DNA of 54,880 nucleotides from Candidatus Fermentibacter danicus (GTDB lineage Bacteria; Fermentibacterota; Fermentibacteria; Fermentibacterales; Fermentibacteraceae): NCBI GenBank assembly GCA_001618615.1, contig LKHB01000185.1, positions 34,934 to 89,813 of the forward strand, read 5' to 3'. Shown piece by piece: positions 51,704 to 54,880 of this stretch (position 1 is its first letter; each line of letters starts with the position of its first letter). The notes under the pieces were generated by a model. It saw only the letters and a program-made list of their open reading frames with translations, ran no database searches and was not told where the DNA came from. The position numbers and the translations under genes were made by a program.

Positions 51704-53302
51704 GTGTTCTTTGCTGTTGTCGCGGAGCGCCTCGGGAGCGTGCTCCCGGGGGCGGGGTGCCGCGGGGTCTCCCTCCTGCCGGGCGGGGGACTCATGCTCG
51801 ACCTTTCCGGAAGACCGTTCTCCCTCCTCATTCATGCCGGAACCGAGCACCAGTCGATCGTACCGGGCGCGCCCCCGACCGGCGGATACCGGCGGGACGA
51901 GCCCTGGGACTCGCTCTTGTCCGGCTCCCGCATAACATCCGTGATGCAGCACGGCTGCGACAGGATCCTCCTCTTCGGGTTCGTGAAGGAGAGGGCCTAC
52001 AGGTCGACCCGTATGACCCTGAGGTTCGAGGCCGCGGGCAGGAACTCCAACATGGTTCTGACACGGGATTCCGACGACAGGATACTCGCATGCACCAGAA
52101 CCGTCACCGGCAGGATGAGCAGCTACCGGACGATAGCGCCGGGCTCGCCCTACAAGGCCCCTCCTCCCTCCGGAAGACCGCCTTCGGAATGGGGTTCGCC
52201 GGAGGTGCAGGGCATCCTCTCCAGGGCCGGGTCCGCCGGGGAGATCTACCCGGTGCTGGAGGGCGTCGGACCAGCGACTGCCTCCGCCATTCTCGCGGAA
52301 GCCGCGGCTTCCGGCAGCGATCCCGGGAAGACGGCCCTTGTCCTGGCGGAAGCTCTCGAAACCCGCCGGTTCGAACCCTGGTCCGGTCCGTGGGGTCCGC
52401 TCCCGGTCAGGATGGGGCCGGGAGAACCTCTGGATGACCCCCTGTCCGCATTCGCGCCTGTTCTGTCGTCGGGGTCCGATTCCAGGCTCCGCGCGTTCCT
52501 CGCGAGGAACGAATCGGCCCGTGAGGAGGCGATGGGCAGGCTGACGGAGGTGAGAGCCCTTCTCGAGAGTCTTCCCGGTTCCGACACGCTCCGGCTCTGG
52601 GGCGGGATGCTGCTTGCCGCCGCTTCTGAGATTCCGAGAGGCGCAGCGTCGGTGACGCTGAACGACTGGGATGGAAACCCGCACACGATTCCTCTCCGGG
52701 CTTCGAGATCGGCCGTCGAGAACGCCGAACGCCTCTTCAGGAAGGCCGGCAACATAGATTCCGAAGCCGCCGCCCTGAAAAAGAGAGCGGAGGCTCTGGC
52801 CGCCAGATGCGGGATTCTTGCCAGGGAGGCCGAGGAGGCCGTCAGGACCGGTATCGTTCCGGATGACAGGGCCGTTCCGCGGCACGAGCGCGGGGAGGCC
52901 GGGCAGGAACCGGTGGAGCTCTCCGACGGATGGCTCTGCTGGATCGGCAGAAACTCCCGGAACAACGAGGAGGTGACCTTCCGCATCGGGCGGAGGGGGG
53001 ACTGGTGGCTCCACGCCAGAGGCGTCCCGGGTCCGCACGTCGTCCTCCGCGGAAGGCCCGGCTCCGGCAACCCTCCGGCGGCGGTGCTCAGGCGCGCCGC
53101 GGAGCTGGCGGCGGAGGGGGCGGCATGCACTTCGGAGATCGTCCCGGTCGACTGGACCCAGGTGCAGCACGTCAGGAGGATGAAGGGCGGCCGGCCGGGA
53201 GAGGTCACCTATACGAGGGAGAGGACGATCTTCGTATGCCCCGGCGGTGACGGCCGCGGGAAGAGGATCAGAGGGAGGGGAAGAACCTATGACGCCAGGT
53301 GA
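51704..53302 (+). CDS. rqcH: NFACT-family protein (RqcH/FbpA-like ribosome quality control factor)
   Basis: The N-terminal NFACT-N segment carries CDRILLFGF (DR motif). A coiled-coil middle region follows. The C-terminal NFACT-R/DUF814 segment has WIGRNSRNNEEVTF and DWWLHARGVPGPHVVL. Confidence 0.82.
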   Translation: MFFAVVAERLGSVLPGAGCRGVSLLPGGGLMLDLSGRPFSLLIHAGTEHQSIVPGAPPTGGYRRDEPWDSLLSGSRITSVMQHGCDRILLFGFVKERAYRSTRMTLRFEAAGRNSNMVLTRDSDDRILACTRTVTGRMSSYRTIAPGSPYKAPPPSGRPPSEWGSPEVQGILSRAGSAGEIYPVLEGVGPATASAILAEAAASGSDPGKTALVLAEALETRRFEPWSGPWGPLPVRMGPGEPLDDPLSAFAPVLSSGSDSRLRAFLARNESAREEAMGRLTEVRALLESLPGSDTLRLWGGMLLAAASEIPRGAASVTLNDWDGNPHTIPLRASRSAVENAERLFRKAGNIDSEAAALKKRAEALAARCGILAREAEEAVRTGIVPDDRAVPRHERGEAGQEPVELSDGWLCWIGRNSRNNEEVTFRIGRRGDWWLHARGVPGPHVVLRGRPGSGNPPAAVLRRAAELAAEGAACTSEIVPVDWTQVQHVRRMKGGRPGEVTYTRERTIFVCPGGDGRGKRIRGRGRTYDAR

Positions 53303-53771
53303 GAAACAGCGGTACGGCGATGTTTTCAGGACGGCCTACCTGTTCCGGAATCTGCCGCCCGAGGATCTCTCCATCTTCATGGACTCCGCCGAACTCCGCT
53401 CCTTCGCCCGGGACGCAGCCATCATCGCAGAGGGAGCCGACGGGGGCGACCTGTTCCTGGTCCTCTCGGGCTGCGTGAGGATTACTAAGACCGTAGAGGA
53501 CGCCGGAGACCATATCATCGGGTTCCTGCGCGCGGGCGACTTCTTCGGCGAGATGGCCCTGATAGACAACCTGCCCAGGAGCGCCAGCGTTTACGCGCAT
53601 GAAAGGGCGGACCTCGCGGTGATCCACAGGCGCGACATCTCCAGGATCTTCGACGCAAGCCCGGCGACGGCCTGCAAGGTGATGCACGCCTTCGCGGAGA
53701 TTCTCTCCTACAGACTCCGGGAGGCCAACGACAGGATGAGGGCCATGGTCCATCTGGAGCGTACCTTCTGA
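53289..53771 (+). CDS. stand-alone cyclic-nucleotide-binding domain protein
   Basis: FRNLPPEDL..., LVLSGCVRI, GDFFGEMALIDNLPRSASV (cNMP phosphate-binding cassette). No HTH. ATG 53289 is preferred (14-nt overlap with rqcH). Confidence 0.78.
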   Translation: MTPGEKQRYGDVFRTAYLFRNLPPEDLSIFMDSAELRSFARDAAIIAEGADGGDLFLVLSGCVRITKTVEDAGDHIIGFLRAGDFFGEMALIDNLPRSASVYAHERADLAVIHRRDISRIFDASPATACKVMHAFAEILSYRLREANDRMRAMVHLERTF

Positions 53772-54880
53772 TGACCATCCGCAGGGATCGCAGGGCCGTC
53801 CTGCTGGTGCTCGACGGAGTCGGCGCCGGTGCGCTGCCGGACGCGGCCCGGTACGGCGATGAAGGAGCCGACACCCTCGGCAATCTATCGCGCGCGGTGG
53901 GAGGTCTCCATCTGCCGGTGCTGGAAGGAATGGGACTGGGCAATCTGTTGCCCATCGAGGGCGTACCCCCGGCAGCCGCCCCCTCCGCATCCTGGGGAAG
54001 GCTGGCGGAGGTCTCGGCCGGAAAGGATTCGATCACCGGCCACTGGGAGATGATGGGGCTGATAAGCCATACGCCCTTCCCGACATACCCCTCGGGTTTC
54101 CCCGCCGGGATCATCGAGGCCTTCGAGAGGGGGACCGGCCGCCGCACGATAGGAAACAGGGCCGCCTCCGGCACGGAGATCATCGAGGAACTCTGCCTGG
54201 AGCATATCCGTCTCGGCGCCTTCATCGTGTACACCTCGTCGGACAGCGTCTTCCAGATCGCGGCACACGAGGGCGTGATCCCGGTCGAGGAGCTGTACGA
54301 GGCCTGCCGTACTGCACGGAGGCTGCTTCAGGGCCCGGACGCGGTGGCCAGGGTCATAGCGAGACCCTTCTCGGGCGAATGCGGCTCTCTCGTGAGAACG
54401 CCCCGGAGGAGGGACTTCTCCCTGGAGCCTCCCGGACCGACGCTGCTCGATCTTATGGAAAGCGCGGGAATCCCGCGCAGAGGCGTGGGGAAGATCGACG
54501 ATCTGTTCGCGCACCGCGGGATCACCTCCGTCCACGTTCCGGACAACCGCGCCGGACTGGCCGAACTGGCATCCGTCCTTGCCCTGGGGGAGAGCGGTTT
54601 CGTCTTCGCGAACCTCGTCGATTTCGATTCGAAGTGGGGCCACAGGAACGACCCGGCCGGTTTCGCGCAGGGCCTCTCGGAAGTCGACGACGCCCTTCCC
54701 GGACTCATGTCGGCCCTGGGCGAGGGCGATCTCTTCATCATCACGGCGGACCACGGCAACGACCCGACCACGCCAGGCACCGATCACACCAGGGAGTACG
54801 CCCCGGTCCTCGCATGGTCCCCCGGAATCCCGGGAAGGCCCCTGGGCGACAGGCGCAGCTTCAGCGACATAGCCGCCACT
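53771..54880 (+). CDS. deoB: phosphopentomutase (partial, 3' end beyond window)
   Basis: Hand translation from ATG 53771 (TGATG junction) gives MTIRRDRRAVLLVLDGVGAGALPDAARYGDEGADTLGNL... and later ...ITADHGNDPTTPGTDHTREYAPVL. The frame is open to 54880. It is not in the ORF track because there is no stop. Confidence 0.9.
   Translation, partial: MTIRRDRRAVLLVLDGVGAGALPDAARYGDEGADTLGNLSRAVGGLHLPVLEGMGLGNLLPIEGVPPAAAPSASWGRLAEVSAGKDSITGHWEMMGLISHTPFPTYPSGFPAGIIEAFERGTGRRTIGNRAASGTEIIEELCLEHIRLGAFIVYTSSDSVFQIAAHEGVIPVEELYEACRTARRLLQGPDAVARVIARPFSGECGSLVRTPRRRDFSLEPPGPTLLDLMESAGIPRRGVGKIDDLFAHRGITSVHVPDNRAGLAELASVLALGESGFVFANLVDFDSKWGHRNDPAGFAQGLSEVDDALPGLMSALGEGDLFIITADHGNDPTTPGTDHTREYAPVLAWSPGIPGRPLGDRRSFSDIAAT

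Noticed and set aside
49308-53170. Long minus-strand ORFs 49308..50546 (412 aa) and 51665..53170 (501 aa), in an alternative frame or antisense to gmk-coaB and rqcH.
   Set aside because: Shadow ORFs with extreme Arg/Pro/Gly content and no motifs.
1-54880. A search by eye for CRISPR arrays, tRNA/rRNA genes, IS elements, integrases, phage genes and toxin-antitoxin pairs.
   Set aside because: No spaced direct repeats were seen. No intergenic region longer than ~300 nt exists to host structured RNAs. No transposase or integrase motifs appear in any long ORF. Small ncRNAs cannot be excluded without covariance-model searches.

Overview
This is a high-GC window (roughly two-thirds G+C by eye) from a diderm bacterium, shown by TamA/TamB, a TolC-type channel and a Wzi-type barrel. 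The lineage cannot be assigned from sequence alone. The window is almost entirely coding. I support 41 CDS, two of them cut by the window edges. I saw no rRNA, tRNA, CRISPR array, transposase or integrase. Most genes are housekeeping: hflX, carD, guaB, queA, tgt, fabD, glgA, ispDF, radA, dnaB, gmk, yicC and deoB. They sit in long co-directional arrays with many 4-nt GTGA/TTGA stop-start overlaps. The only clearly AT-rich non-coding island is at about 15859-16163. It separates two divergent genes. One encodes a small signal-peptide protein and carries a near-consensus sigma54 -24/-12 promoter. The other encodes a ~1246-aa enhancer-binding protein. Its N-terminal ~950 residues read as a catalytically dead Ser/Thr-kinase fold, a degenerate STAND/AAA_16-type NTPase and a TPR-like array. 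Its sigma54-contact loop is GSYTDL instead of GAFTGA. This sensor-regulator-target unit is my best candidate for an undescribed system. Other observations: a membrane pseudokinase with LytR_C-type ectodomains; a Gmk-CoaB fusion; a ThiD-Zn-ribbon-Nudix fusion; a tripartite MacAB/TolC-like pump with a split ATPase and two paralogous permeases, start-stop coupled to a fused membrane/spermidine-synthase-like/TPR protein; tandem sensor kinases with no output regulator; and catalytic-motif variants in FabD and GlgA. All family calls rest on motifs read from the translations. No database search was possible.
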